This document shows, one piece after another, positions 8,716 to 19,400 of a stretch of 64,000 bases of DNA (within the stretch, counting starts at the first letter, position 1; each line of letters begins with the position of its first letter). Position numbers and translations under genes: made by a program. Below the pieces are notes generated by a model. The model was not told where the DNA came from. It did not search any database and saw nothing but the letters and a program-made list of their open reading frames with translations. This DNA comes from Candidatus Kapaibacterium sp. (GTDB taxonomy: Bacteria > Bacteroidota > Ignavibacteria > Kapaibacteriales > Kapaibacteriaceae), in NCBI GenBank assembly GCA_018882895.1, contig VERF01000005.1, positions 3,378-67,377 of the forward strand. Direction: 5' to 3'.

Positions 8716-10138
8716 GATCTACTTCATCCTGTACCTGCTTGCGCTGGTGCTGCTGATGCCGGATGGGGTGGTGCCTTCCTCTGATGAGGTAGCTTCCAGA
8801 GCGCCTCTGCGCATCGAGCTCTTCCCTGAGCGTATACGTCTCACCTGCGAGGTCAAGCGTGACTCGTCAGGGGGCGTGCGCGTGCTTGGCCTTGATTCGA
8901 CGAACGTCATACGATACTCTCCCGAGCTGACGAACGTCAGCGTCCGCGCGGTGATCGAAGATGTGACCTCGGGTCAGACGCTGACGATCGAGCCGGACGG
9001 CAACTCGCCGACGCGATTCGCATCGATTCGTCATGATGAGGGTCGGAGCGCATTTGTCTTTTCCTGGCGGCCTCTTCTTGATGCCGCTCAGTCCAAGACC
9101 TTCCGTGTGATCATTCAAGCCAGTGGGGTGCCGGTCAATGGCATTGCCACCGATGCCATGAGCGCCGTCGGCAGTACGCAGTTTGTTCTCACCACGGTGG
9201 TCAATGACCGTCAGCCCCCTGAGCTCGTCTTCATACCGGGCAGGCGCGACACTCTGGTGCTACGCGAAGGTCCGGTCACGTCCGAAGGCGCATCATCTCC
9301 TGCCGAATTCTGGATCGAGCCTGCCCGTGACCAGGTGTTAACGTTCTCATCACAGGAATGGAGCAACCGCATCACCATTGGCGGCGCAGACCCGCAGCGT
9401 GATCTGGCCGAGATGCCTACTGTCCGCCTCAGCGGTGAGCCCATGTCCGACGTGTCGAGATCCATCGATCAGCGCACGCTTATCGTGCGCGGCCGGGCTC
9501 CGCGCTCGGGAACGTCGACCGTGGAGGTCACTGCCCGCCGTGCAGACGGCATGGTGCGGACGACGAGTTTCCGCGTCATGGCCATGACCTACTCGACGCC
9601 GTCGGTGCCCGACGTGGTCTATCCGGGCGTTGAATATGTCATTGATCCGAAGATCCCGGCCGACCGACCCGGACTCCGGGCCGTTGTGCGTGATGGATCA
9701 CGTGAGATAGCCTCTACCACAGAGGGAGTTATGCGCGTTCGGTTCGCCATCCGCGATACGGGGCGAAGCATGACCTTTGAGCGAAGCATTGACGGAGTTG
9801 TCGAGATGAATGCGCAGAGCATCCAGGTTCGACCCTTCCCGCCCCCTGTCATCCGAGAGATCAGACGCGAGACTGATCCAAACAAGCGACTGGTGGTGGT
9901 TCAGTTCTGGTCGCAAGACCGGGGCGAAAATCGGCCTCAGATACGAGTTGTCGACGGAAACGTGGGGGCCGTAAGGAAGCTCTCGGGATACCTACGGCAG
10001 GCCGACAATGCACGTCCGGCCGTCGCCTGGCTCGAGGTCTTCGAAGTCACCCGAAAGGATGCTTCAAAGCCGTTCACGTTCCGCGTAGTGGCCTCCGACG
10101 AGCGCGGAAGGGAAAGTCCCGCCGTCGGCGCCGACTAG
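8681..10138 (+). CDS. GldM/PorM-like bitopic protein with all-beta periplasmic region
   Basis: Track ORF 8606..10138. ATG 8681 gives MDQRQPRRPRVEIYFILYLLALVLLM: Pro-Arg10, then Tyr18 eight residues later inside a single TMH, the same spacing as GldM SPR9QKMINLMY17L (from memory). The remaining ~450 aa is beta-rich Ig-like sequence, with a late VRPFPPPVIREI segment. Overlaps the upstream gene by 35 nt. Confidence 0.5.
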   Translation: MDQRQPRRPRVEIYFILYLLALVLLMPDGVVPSSDEVASRAPLRIELFPERIRLTCEVKRDSSGGVRVLGLDSTNVIRYSPELTNVSVRAVIEDVTSGQTLTIEPDGNSPTRFASIRHDEGRSAFVFSWRPLLDAAQSKTFRVIIQASGVPVNGIATDAMSAVGSTQFVLTTVVNDRQPPELVFIPGRRDTLVLREGPVTSEGASSPAEFWIEPARDQVLTFSSQEWSNRITIGGADPQRDLAEMPTVRLSGEPMSDVSRSIDQRTLIVRGRAPRSGTSTVEVTARRADGMVRTTSFRVMAMTYSTPSVPDVVYPGVEYVIDPKIPADRPGLRAVVRDGSREIASTTEGVMRVRFAIRDTGRSMTFERSIDGVVEMNAQSIQVRPFPPPVIREIRRETDPNKRLVVVQFWSQDRGENRPQIRVVDGNVGAVRKLSGYLRQADNARPAVAWLEVFEVTRKDASKPFTFRVVASDERGRESPAVGAD

Positions 10139-11142
10139 TTCGAGGGGGCTCTGCCGATCGCCTCCCGGTAGAGGCGCACGTTCTGATTGTGTTCTGCCAG
10201 GGTGACGGCAAAGCGATGCCGCATGGTGCCATCCCCACGCGCTACGAAGAAGATCCAGTCATGGGATTCCGGATTCATTGTTGCCGTGAATGCAGCCTTG
10301 CCGGGATTACAGATGGGTCCGGGAGGAAGTCCGGCATGAACGTACGTGTTGTAAGGGTTCGATGCGTCTCGTAGTTCCGATCCCGTGATACGATCCTTCC
10401 CCGTGAGGTACTGCACCGTCGGATCGGCCTGCAGGCGCATACCGATGCGCAGGCGGTTGACGTATACTCCGGCGATGCGAGGCATTTCGTCGATTCTACC
10501 CGCCTCAAGCTGAACGATCGAGGCCAGCGTCACGATCCGTTGCCGCTGCTGCCAGCCCCCTTGCAAGGAATCACCAGCAAGCTGATTCCAAAGCCGGCGT
10601 GCCTGTTGGGCCATCATGTGGCCAACGTACGAAGGGTCATCCCCTCGGATAACGAAGTACGTGTCGGGCATGAGAAAGCCCTCCATCGATGTTGCCTCCA
10701 CTGCGTAGGTCCTGCACACCGTGTCGGACCGGCACCATGCCAGGAATGCTGCCGAGTCGACCTCGGCTCGCTTCCAGAGTCTGAATGCGATCTCGCCGAT
10801 GGAGAAGCCCTCGGGAATGGTGACTTTGACAAGGGGCTCGCGGCCCCCACCAACGATCATGCGAATGATGTCCAGCGCTGACGCATCCGGTTTGATATGA
10901 TACCACCCTGGCAACACGCTCTTGCCCGTGATCCAGAGGCCGGTGCGGATGCCATGACGCACAACCCACGCGGCGGGGGAGTCGGCAGAGTCGACCAGTT
11001 GAAGGATAGGACGAGCCGATGGAGCCGCGCGAGAGACGAGCACAGACCCCTCAGCGCCGAGTGGGCGCGTCAGATACGAGATGCCTGCAAGGGCTGCCAC
11101 AAGGAACGCAGCCAGGATCCAAACAAGCCGACGCCGCATCAC
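10135..11142 (-). CDS. mltG: endolytic murein transglycosylase MltG (YceG family)
   Basis: 335 aa with an N-terminal TM anchor. YceG-like sequence including VTLASIVQLEAG, NPYNTYVHAGLPPGPICNPG and FFVARGDG. Confidence 0.9.
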   Translation of the reverse strand: MMRRRLVWILAAFLVAALAGISYLTRPLGAEGSVLVSRAAPSARPILQLVDSADSPAAWVVRHGIRTGLWITGKSVLPGWYHIKPDASALDIIRMIVGGGREPLVKVTIPEGFSIGEIAFRLWKRAEVDSAAFLAWCRSDTVCRTYAVEATSMEGFLMPDTYFVIRGDDPSYVGHMMAQQARRLWNQLAGDSLQGGWQQRQRIVTLASIVQLEAGRIDEMPRIAGVYVNRLRIGMRLQADPTVQYLTGKDRITGSELRDASNPYNTYVHAGLPPGPICNPGKAAFTATMNPESHDWIFFVARGDGTMRHRFAVTLAEHNQNVRLYREAIGRAPSN

Positions 11143-12044
11143 GCCGCTGCCGGCTCCGAGGTCGTGACCGTGCGCACGAATATCTCGTGCAACGATGGTT
11201 GAAGGACGGCGAACTCAACGATGTCTGCTGCCTGGCTGGCGTGGCCAAGCACGTCACGGACTGATGTGCCGGGATCGCGCCGCAGAACAATCGTCGAACC
11301 GGACTGTTCGACCACCTGTGTGCCGGGGATCGCGCTGAGATCGGAAACCGGGCCGAGCGTGCGAATGCGGATCCGGTCGGACTCATATCGTGAACGTACT
11401 TCCGACACTTCTCCGGCCAGGACGACCCGCCCGCGGTTGATCAGGGCGATGTCATCGCAGAGCCGCTCAACCTGGTCCATCTGGTGCGTCGAGAGGATGA
11501 TCGTGGTGCCGGCCTGCTGCAGCTCTCGCGTCACAGCGATCAGAAGGTCGGCATTGACCGGATCGAGTCCGCTGAAGGGTTCGTCAAGGATCAGCACCGA
11601 CGGTTCGTGCAGGATGGTCGAGATGAACTGAACCTTCTGCTGCATGCCCTTCGAGAGCTCCTCGATCTTTTTCCCTTCCCAGCCGGAGGCATCCATACGA
11701 TCGAGCCAGTAGGAGATCTTTGCATCTGCAGCTGCTGCGCTCAGCCCCTTGAGGCCTGCGAAATAGCGCAGCTGGGCAGCAACGGTGAGCTTTTTATACA
11801 GTCCACGCTCCTCCGGCAGATAGCCGATCCGCGATCGGCGCACGTCGGCTGAATCAAGGCCGTCCAAGGTGATCGTGCCCGAATCCGGCAGGGTAATGCC
11901 AGTGATCATGCGGATCAGAGTCGTCTTGCCGGCACCGTTCGGGCCCAGTAATCCAAAGATCCGACCCTTGTGAACCTCGATGGAAACGTTGTCGTTGGCA
12001 CAGTGCGTGCCGTAGAACTTTGTCAGATGGTGTACCGATAGCAT
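11139..12044 (-). CDS. ABC transporter ATP-binding protein (ABC-2/NatA-like with C-terminal accessory domain)
   Basis: Walker A GPNGAGKTT, signature LSKGMQQKV, Walker B VLILDEPFSGLD, H-loop STHQ. No permease gene is adjacent. Overlaps mltG by 4 nt. Confidence 0.9.
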   Translation of the reverse strand: MLSVHHLTKFYGTHCANDNVSIEVHKGRIFGLLGPNGAGKTTLIRMITGITLPDSGTITLDGLDSADVRRSRIGYLPEERGLYKKLTVAAQLRYFAGLKGLSAAAADAKISYWLDRMDASGWEGKKIEELSKGMQQKVQFISTILHEPSVLILDEPFSGLDPVNADLLIAVTRELQQAGTTIILSTHQMDQVERLCDDIALINRGRVVLAGEVSEVRSRYESDRIRIRTLGPVSDLSAIPGTQVVEQSGSTIVLRRDPGTSVRDVLGHASQAADIVEFAVLQPSLHEIFVRTVTTSEPAAA

Positions 12045-12154
12045 CTCCGAATCTACGATTGAGCCTCGACTTCCTCTTCGTAAATTCGCGGCACCTTTTC
12101 GGCGGCTGCCGTGTTATGAGCCGTCGACATTTGATCAATACGTCAAGGGAAATC

Positions 12155-12856
12155 ATGAAGGCGTTCGGCGAGATCTGGCGTTCGAATCTGTTCCAGAAGT
12201 GGCTTATGGCCATTACGGGGCTTCTGCTGGTGCTGTTCCTGCTGGGACACCTGTCGGGCAATCTGCTCGTATTCCTCGGTCCGGCGCACCTCAATGAGTA
12301 TGCCCACGGACTTCGGACGATGGGGCACGGTGCCGTCCTGTGGGGAGCCCGACTCGGTTTATTGGCGTTCTTCATTCTGCACGTGTCGTCGGCTATCACG
12401 CTATCGCGGCGCAACCGTCAGGCACGTCCGCAGAAGTATGTCAAGGTCGAAGCCCGCTCATCAACGCTAGCCTCTCGCACGATGTTGTACTCGGGCCTGC
12501 TGCTGATCAGCTATGTGCTTTACCACCTAGCACACTTTACCTGGGGCGCAGTTCACTCGCAGCATTATGCCCAGGTCAGCTACATCCTTCCGTCTGGCGA
12601 AGTTGTGCCTGACGTCTACACGATGGTGGTGAAGAGTTTCAGTGAGCCCCTTATCGTGATCCTGTACTTGCTCAGCATGGTCATGGTAGGTCTGCACCTG
12701 AACCATGCCATTTCGAGCGCGTTTCAGACGATGGGCGTTACCAATCGTCGGATCATGCCTCTGGTGCGTGTCGGCGGGCCGGCATTGTCGGTGATCATTG
12801 CACTTGGCTTCTCGGCTGTGCCGCTGGCCATCATTCTCGGATTTGTCAAGATCTAA
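12155..12856 (+). CDS. sdhC: succinate dehydrogenase/fumarate reductase cytochrome b subunit (single-subunit b558 type)
   Basis: Track ORF 12020..12856 would overlap the divergent ABC gene. ATG 12155 ([16 protein letters not shown]...) gives a ~233 aa polytopic protein with conserved His residues, immediately upstream of sdhA and sdhB. Confidence 0.8.
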   Translation: MKAFGEIWRSNLFQKWLMAITGLLLVLFLLGHLSGNLLVFLGPAHLNEYAHGLRTMGHGAVLWGARLGLLAFFILHVSSAITLSRRNRQARPQKYVKVEARSSTLASRTMLYSGLLLISYVLYHLAHFTWGAVHSQHYAQVSYILPSGEVVPDVYTMVVKSFSEPLIVILYLLSMVMVGLHLNHAISSAFQTMGVTNRRIMPLVRVGGPALSVIIALGFSAVPLAIILGFVKI

Positions 12857-12875
12857 TCGAAGAAAGCTCAACGGT

Positions 12876-14789
12876 ATGGAACTCAACAGCGCAATTCCGG
12901 GTGGACCGATCCAGCAGAGATGGGACAAGCACCGGGCTGAGCTCAAACTCGTCAACCCCGCCAACAAGCGGAAGTTCTCAGTGATCGTCGTCGGCACGGG
13001 TCTGGCCGGTGCGTCGGCCTCGGCCACGCTTGCCGAGCTGGGCTATAACGTCCAGGCCTTCACGTATCACGATTCTGCGCGGCGCGCTCACTCGATCGCC
13101 GCCCAGGGCGGGATCAACGCCGCGAAGAACTATCAGAATGACGGCGATAGCGTCTGGCGCCTGTTCTACGACACGGTCAAGGGCGGTGACTTCCGTGCTC
13201 GCGAGTCGAACGTCTATCGTCTGGCCCAGGTCTCGGTGAACATCATCGACCAGTGCGTGGCCCAAGGCGTACCGTTCGCCCGCGAATACGGCGGATATCT
13301 CAGCAACCGCTCGTTCGGTGGTGCACAGGTCTCGCGGACCTTCTACGCGCGGGGTCAGACGGGTCAGCAGCTTCTGCTCGGCGCCTATCAAGCGCTGATG
13401 CGTCAGGTCGGCCTCGGCAAGGTCAAGCTCCACAACAAGCAGGAGATGATGGATCTGATCGTCATCGACGGTCGTGCCAGAGGGATCATTACCCGTGACT
13501 TGGTCACCGGTGCAGTGCGGTCGCATATGGCTGACGCTGTGATCCTGGCCACAGGCGGCTATGGCAATGTCTTCTATCTGAGCACCAACGCGATGGCCTG
13601 CAACGTCACGGCCACATATCGTGCTCACAAGCGCGGTGCACTGTTTGCCAACCCTTGCTACACGCAGATCCACCCGACGTGCATCCCGCAAAGCGGTGAT
13701 TACCAGTCAAAGCTGACGCTGATGTCGGAGTCGCTCCGCAATGACGGACGCATCTGGGTGCCAAAGAATAAGGGAGACCAGCGCAGTCCCGACCAGATTC
13801 CGGAATCGGATCGCGACTACTATCTCGAGCGCAAGTACCCATCGTTCGGAAATCTCTCGCCACGTGACATTGCTTCGCGTGCAGCCAAGGAGGTTTGCGA
13901 CGAGGGACGCGGCGTCGGCCCGGGCGGCCTCGGCGTCTATCTGGATTTCGCCGATGCGATCCGCCGTCTCGGCGAGAAGGTCATCGCTGACCGATACGGA
14001 AACTTGTTTGAGATGTATGAGCGCATCACCGGCGAGAACCCCTACAAGGTTCCGATGCGCATCTATCCGGCCGTTCACTACACGATGGGCGGTCTGTGGG
14101 TCGACTACAATCTGATGTCCAACGTACCGGGCCTGTTCGTTCTCGGGGAAGCGAACTTCTCCGATCACGGTGCCAACCGCTTGGGTGCGTCAGCCCTGAT
14201 GCAGGGACTTGCCGACGGGTACTTTGTGATCCCGTATACCATTGGTGGATACTTCGCGCAAGGGGGCCTTCAGGCCGTTAGTGCGGAATCTCCCGAGGCC
14301 AAGGCCGCCGTTACAGAGGCGGAGCAGAAGATCGCGGCACTTCTTTCGATAGGGGGCAAGCGTTCGCCAACGTCGTTCCATCGCGAACTCGGCAAGATCA
14401 TGTGGGACAAGTGCGGCATGGCCCGCACCGAGGCCGGGCTGAAGGAGGCACTGCAGCGCATTCCTGAACTGCGTGAAGAGTTCTGGCAGAACCTCGTCGT
14501 GCCGGGTAGCGGCACTGACCTGAACCAGTCGCTCGAGCTTGGCTTGCGCGTGGCCGACTTCCTGGAGTTCGCCGAGCTGATGTGTTACGATGCTCTGCAG
14601 CGCAACGAATCCTGTGGTGGTCACTTCCGTGAGGAGTATCAGACCGAGGATGGCGAGGCCAAGCGAAACGATGATGATTACTGCTATGTGGCGGCATGGG
14701 AGCATACCGGTGTCGGTTCGACGCCGATCCTGCACAAAGAATCACTAACCTTTGAAAATGTGCAACTGGCAACACGGAGTTACAAGTAA
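12876..14789 (+). CDS. sdhA: succinate dehydrogenase/fumarate reductase flavoprotein subunit
   Basis: Start taken at ATG 12876 ([10 protein letters not shown]...). FAD-binding [27 protein letters not shown], and the active-site region HPTCIP...ESLRNDGR. Confidence 0.95.
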   Translation: MELNSAIPGGPIQQRWDKHRAELKLVNPANKRKFSVIVVGTGLAGASASATLAELGYNVQAFTYHDSARRAHSIAAQGGINAAKNYQNDGDSVWRLFYDTVKGGDFRARESNVYRLAQVSVNIIDQCVAQGVPFAREYGGYLSNRSFGGAQVSRTFYARGQTGQQLLLGAYQALMRQVGLGKVKLHNKQEMMDLIVIDGRARGIITRDLVTGAVRSHMADAVILATGGYGNVFYLSTNAMACNVTATYRAHKRGALFANPCYTQIHPTCIPQSGDYQSKLTLMSESLRNDGRIWVPKNKGDQRSPDQIPESDRDYYLERKYPSFGNLSPRDIASRAAKEVCDEGRGVGPGGLGVYLDFADAIRRLGEKVIADRYGNLFEMYERITGENPYKVPMRIYPAVHYTMGGLWVDYNLMSNVPGLFVLGEANFSDHGANRLGASALMQGLADGYFVIPYTIGGYFAQGGLQAVSAESPEAKAAVTEAEQKIAALLSIGGKRSPTSFHRELGKIMWDKCGMARTEAGLKEALQRIPELREEFWQNLVVPGSGTDLNQSLELGLRVADFLEFAELMCYDALQRNESCGGHFREEYQTEDGEAKRNDDDYCYVAAWEHTGVGSTPILHKESLTFENVQLATRSYK

Positions 14790-15538
14790 TGAACCTGCGA
14801 CTGCACATCTGGCGTCAGGCCGGACCCAATGACATGGGCATGCTCAAGACCTATGACATTGCCAACGTCAGCGAGCACATGAGCTTTCTCGAGATGCTCG
14901 ATGTTCTGAATGAAGGACTAATCGCCAAAGGTGAGATTCCGGTTGCCTTCGATCACGACTGCCGCGAGGGCATTTGTGGAACCTGCGGTATGGTCATCAA
15001 CGGACGTCCGCATGGCCCTGTTGCCCGCACGACGGCATGCCAGCTGCACATGCGAACCTTTAAGGACGGCGATGAGATCTACATCGAACCATGGCGGGCA
15101 AAGGCCTTCCCTGTGCTGAGAGATCTGGTGGTCGATCGTGGTTCGTTCGATCGGATCATTCAAAAGGGTGGCTACGTCAGCGTCAACACCGGCAATGCAC
15201 AGGACGGGAACGCGACACCCATCTCGAAGCCGGACGCCGACCGTGCCATGGATGCTGCAGCATGCATCGGTTGTGGAGCCTGCGTGGCGGCCTGCCCGAA
15301 CTCCTCGGCAATGCTCTTCACGGCAGCCAAGGTCGGTCATCTTGCGTCATTGCCGCAGGGTCAGGCCGAGCGCTCCTCCAGGGCCATGGAGATGGTGCTG
15401 CAGATGGACGCCGAGGGATTTGGATCGTGCACGAACCATTACGAGTGCGAAGCTGCCTGTCCAAAGGGCATCAGTGCCGAGTTCATCGCCCAGATGAATC
15501 GGGACTTCGTGACATCAGCTCTCGGTGGTAAGGCCTAG
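14789..15538 (+). CDS. sdhB: succinate dehydrogenase/fumarate reductase iron-sulfur subunit
   Basis: 249 aa. Cys clusters [22 protein letters not shown] and [12 protein letters not shown]. Its start overlaps the sdhA stop (TAATG). Confidence 0.95.
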   Translation: MNLRLHIWRQAGPNDMGMLKTYDIANVSEHMSFLEMLDVLNEGLIAKGEIPVAFDHDCREGICGTCGMVINGRPHGPVARTTACQLHMRTFKDGDEIYIEPWRAKAFPVLRDLVVDRGSFDRIIQKGGYVSVNTGNAQDGNATPISKPDADRAMDAAACIGCGACVAACPNSSAMLFTAAKVGHLASLPQGQAERSSRAMEMVLQMDAEGFGSCTNHYECEAACPKGISAEFIAQMNRDFVTSALGGKA

Positions 15539-15546
15539 GGGGCAGC

Positions 15547-16263
15547 TCACCTGAGAATCTCGAGATACTCACGAACAGCCTGCTCGAATCCGACCAGAAC
15601 GGCGCGCCCAACAAGGGCATGACCGATCGAGACCTCTTCGATCTCGGTGATCGACTTCAGCGGGGAGAGATTTCGCAGGTCGATGCCATGTCCGGCCGTG
15701 ACAACCAAGCCGGCCTGAGCAGCGATACGAGCCGCTGACGTCAAGCGTTCCAACTGGATCATCGAAGCGGCTCCGCTTCGGGCATTGGCATACGTACCGG
15801 TGTGCAGCTCAATGATGTCGGCCCCGCATGCGGCGGCAGCTTCGATCTGCTCTGCTTCGGGTTCAATGAAGAAACTCACCTCGATGCCGCGCTCATGAAA
15901 TCGCTGCGTCAGCGCCGAATAGCGTTCTTCATTGCCGGCAATTGCCAAGCCCCCTTCCGTGGTGAGCTCTTCGCGTTTCTCGGGAACCAGCGTCACAAGG
16001 TCCGGCACAACGTCTAATGCGATGGCGATGATCTCTTCGTTTGCCGCCATCTCAAGGTCGAGCTTTGTGGTGACTACCTCGCGCAGAACGCGGACGTCAC
16101 GATCGTTGACGTGACGTCGATCTTCCCGCAAGTGGCAAACGATGCCGCTGGCGCCGGCAAGCTCAGCCAGGACCGCCGCATGTACGGGGTCAGGTTCGAT
16201 ACCTCCGCGGGCCTCTCGGAGGGTCGCCACGTGGTCAATGTTCACAGCAAGTCGAATCGCCAT
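15547..16263 (-). CDS. pdxJ: pyridoxine 5'-phosphate synthase
   Basis: Track ORF extends to 16437. Met59 (ATG 16263) gives MAIRLAVNIDHVATLREARGG, the canonical PdxJ N-terminus. Also has ELHTG and AGHG motifs. Confidence 0.93.
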   Translation of the reverse strand: MAIRLAVNIDHVATLREARGGIEPDPVHAAVLAELAGASGIVCHLREDRRHVNDRDVRVLREVVTTKLDLEMAANEEIIAIALDVVPDLVTLVPEKREELTTEGGLAIAGNEERYSALTQRFHERGIEVSFFIEPEAEQIEAAAACGADIIELHTGTYANARSGAASMIQLERLTSAARIAAQAGLVVTAGHGIDLRNLSPLKSITEIEEVSIGHALVGRAVLVGFEQAVREYLEILR

Positions 16264-16341
16264 GGCCGGTAGGGGGAAAATGTTAGGAGGAACCTTTTGC
16301 TGACACGGTTGTTTCACAATCCCGTAGGACATGTGTCGTGG

Positions 16342-16349
16342 TATCTTTG
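16342..16349 (+). promoter_or_regulatory. candidate Bacteroidetes-type -7 promoter element TATCTTTG (TAnnTTTG) for the 16416 gene
   Basis: Exact match to TAnnTTTG in the divergent intergenic region, 66 nt upstream of the ORF start. Confidence 0.4.
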
Positions 16350-16361
16350 CGTTTTGGCGTG

Positions 16362-16369
16362 CAAAGCTA
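16362..16369 (-). promoter_or_regulatory. candidate -7 promoter element TAGCTTTG for pdxJ
   Basis: The + strand reads CAAAGCTA, so the motif points toward pdxJ (start 16263). It sits face to face with the + strand motif at 16342. Confidence 0.35.
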
Positions 16370-16415
16370 CGATTCAGTAACGTCCAAGTAGTCATCAGCA
16401 GTTGCCACACGCAGA

Positions 16416-19400
16416 ATGAAACAAACCGGCCGATCAACTATGAGTCACATCATCATGCGCAAGCTTCAACTCCTTATCGCAGTCACACTCCTGTGCCTGT
16501 CTGCTCAAACCCTGCCCGCCGGTTCGCAATCGACGCCGGCCACGATGATCGACGGAATCATCATGAACGTGGGTCAATGGCCTTCGCACGTGCTGTTTGC
16601 CCATCGTTCCGGTGGACAGAACGTGTGGATCACAAAGACGGGCACCGAGGTAGACAAGTTCACGATCGACCGCAAGCGCGAAACCCGCTCCGGTGAGGTG
16701 GTCGTGCGCCGCTTCGTTAACCCCGGTCCAGCATCGGAGCTCGGTATCATTGACCAAGTCGGTACGGTCTCGTTCTTCCTCGGAAGGGGAGCCGCCTCGT
16801 GGTACTCCGCTCCGGTCTTTCGTTCAGTAGTGATCCGTCATGCCGCGCCCGGTGTGCACGTCGAGTACTCTGCGGGTGAAAAGGGGCTTGTGCAGAATGT
16901 GGCACTCGATCCAGGGGTCGACCCTTCGGCTGCTGCCATGATCATCGAGACATCCTCCTCTTCGTCAACCCCACAGGCAATCGTCTCTCCGACGTCCCCA
17001 ATCGTGTATGCCTCGTACATCGGCGGCCCCGGTGATGATCACGTAGTTGGTATCGAGTATCTGACCAATGGTGAGGTCATCATCGGTGGTACAACGTCAG
17101 CTATGAACTATCCCGGCACCGCGGGCGGTTATTCGACCTCGCTCAAGGGCGTGACGGACGGATTCCTAGTGCGCCTCGACAGAAAGCTTCAGAAAGTGTT
17201 GTCGTACACGTTCTACGGCGGCAGCGGCGACGATCGGATCACTTGCATGATCAAGGACAAGAGCAACGCCATCTACATCACTGGCGAGACAAACTCGGCG
17301 GACCTGCCTGTGACGTCAGGTGCGTCGGGACAGCTGTACAAGTCCGGAATCGATGCCTTCATCGCCAAGTTCGACAGTTCACTCACCAAGCTGCAGATCA
17401 GCGGCTACCATGGTGGTAACAAGGATGATAAGGGTGTGGCCATTGCCGTTGATCAGAACGGTGTGATCTTTTTGGCAGGCAACACAAATTCTACGACGAA
17501 TCTTCCGGTGACCTTTCCGGTGACAATCACTCGCCGGGACTGGCGCGGTCGAACCACCACCGAGCCAGGTGGCGGATCGAACCAGGGACAGACCGACATT
17601 TTCCTAGCCTTTTTCTCCGTCAATGGCTCCATGCAGCAGTCACGCTACTTTGGCCGAAGCGGCATGGAAAAGGTAACGGCCATGTGCATTGATGGATCGA
17701 ACAATGTGTTCTTCACCGGTTCGACAACGTCGCCTGATTTCGAGACATCTCCGACTCCGGGTTTTTTCTCTTCGGGTCGTTTGCCGTATGACCGCACGTT
17801 CAATGGCGGCACCACCGACGCCTTCGTGGTGAAGATGAACAATGAGCTCCAGCTGGCCAAGTCGGACGACGGAACGTATTCGACGTATTTCGGCGGAAAC
17901 AAGGATGAGGAAGGACGTGGAATCTTCGTTGACGAGATCGGTCGTGCACAGGTGGTGGGCGTCACGAACTCGACGAATCTCGAAACAATCGGAACCCTCG
18001 TTACCCAGCCGGTAGGCGACCAAGATATCTTTCTTGCCGTGCTGCCTGACGATGGACGCAACCTCACGGGAGCCACCTACTTCGGTGGAACCGGGGCTGA
18101 CGATGTGCGCAGTGTCCACTACAATCCGGTGTCAAAGCTTGCCGTACTCAGCGGTTCAACCCAGTCTGGTGACTTTCCGGTTGCCGGCGACGGTGCAAGC
18201 AACGAGCGCATCGGCACGACGGATGGCTTCTTGACGTTCATGAACACGTCTACGAATGTCTACACCACACTTATTGGCGGAACCAATGCCGATACGATTG
18301 TCTCGGTGTCGGTTGACCCTGCCGGTGACGTGTACTACGTGACGTCGACAGATTCGGACAACATGCGCCTTCCGGACAGTGCCGCGCAAGGTGCCGTTGG
18401 AGGTTTGAATGCTCACGTAGGTAAGTACGCCATCGGAACCGTAGAGCTTACGGTCCCCAGCGGCGACGAAGTCTGGTGTGCCGGTGGTAATCGTGCCATT
18501 TCTTGGGCTGCGCAGAACATGGCGGATTCGACAAAGTACTCGATCGAAATGGCACCCGCAGGAAGCTCCAACTGGACCGTGCTGACGCGCACAGCCTTGG
18601 GTCGGAGCTTCTCGTGGAAGGTCCCGAACGTACCTACGGGCCAGTATCAGCTACGAATCACGACGGCACGTGGCCACATGAGTCGCCTGTTGACGCCGTT
18701 CACCATCTCGAATCCACCGGCTGTAAAGGAGCAACCGAAGGATGCCAGCGCATGCCTCGGAGGCCGTGTCATGCTGCGAGTTGTGGCCGAAGGAGCAGGG
18801 CTGAAGTATCAGTGGCGCCGTGCAGGACAGAACATCGCCGGTGCTACGCAGGATTCGTTGGTGATACCTGCGCTCGACGCAGCGGCCCTCGGGAAGTATG
18901 ATTGTGTGATCTCGGGTACGTGCACGCCAAATGCGACGACCGCCACGGTGAACGTTTCGACGGCCGTTGCCACGGCGATCAGTCGTCAGCCGACCGGTGT
19001 GTCGGTCGATGCCGGAAAACCATTCACCCTGTCCGTTGCCGCCACGGGTTCCAATCTTGCCTACCAATGGTCACGCAACGGCTCGTCGATCGCCGGAGCA
19101 ACGGCAGCAGAGTATACCGTTGGCGCAGCGTCGAAGAACGACGAAGGAGAGTACACATGTCGCGTTGACGGCGGATGCGGGTCGGTGACATCTGAAAAGG
19201 CCATCGTGGCTGTGTCGACGACGTCAGTTGAAGAAGAGACGATCGTCGGCGACACGCGCCTGCGACTTGTTGGCAGCCATCCTGTGTCGGATGTTGCGAC
19301 GCTTCGCCTTGACCTTTCCCGCGGCGCCGATGTGGCTGTCGACCTTCTCGACGTCAGTGGCCGATTGGTCGCTTCGATGAATGTCGGCAATCTGCCGGCC

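Noticed and set aside
12020-12154. N-terminal extensions of track ORFs: 12020, 12798, 16437(-), 22771, 29902, 33952, 35378, 38394, 44522(-), 52724(-), 53107(-), 53041, 58678, 60458
   Set aside because: The extensions overlap neighbouring genes or precede canonical family N-termini or signal peptides. Internal starts were chosen instead and are stated per feature.
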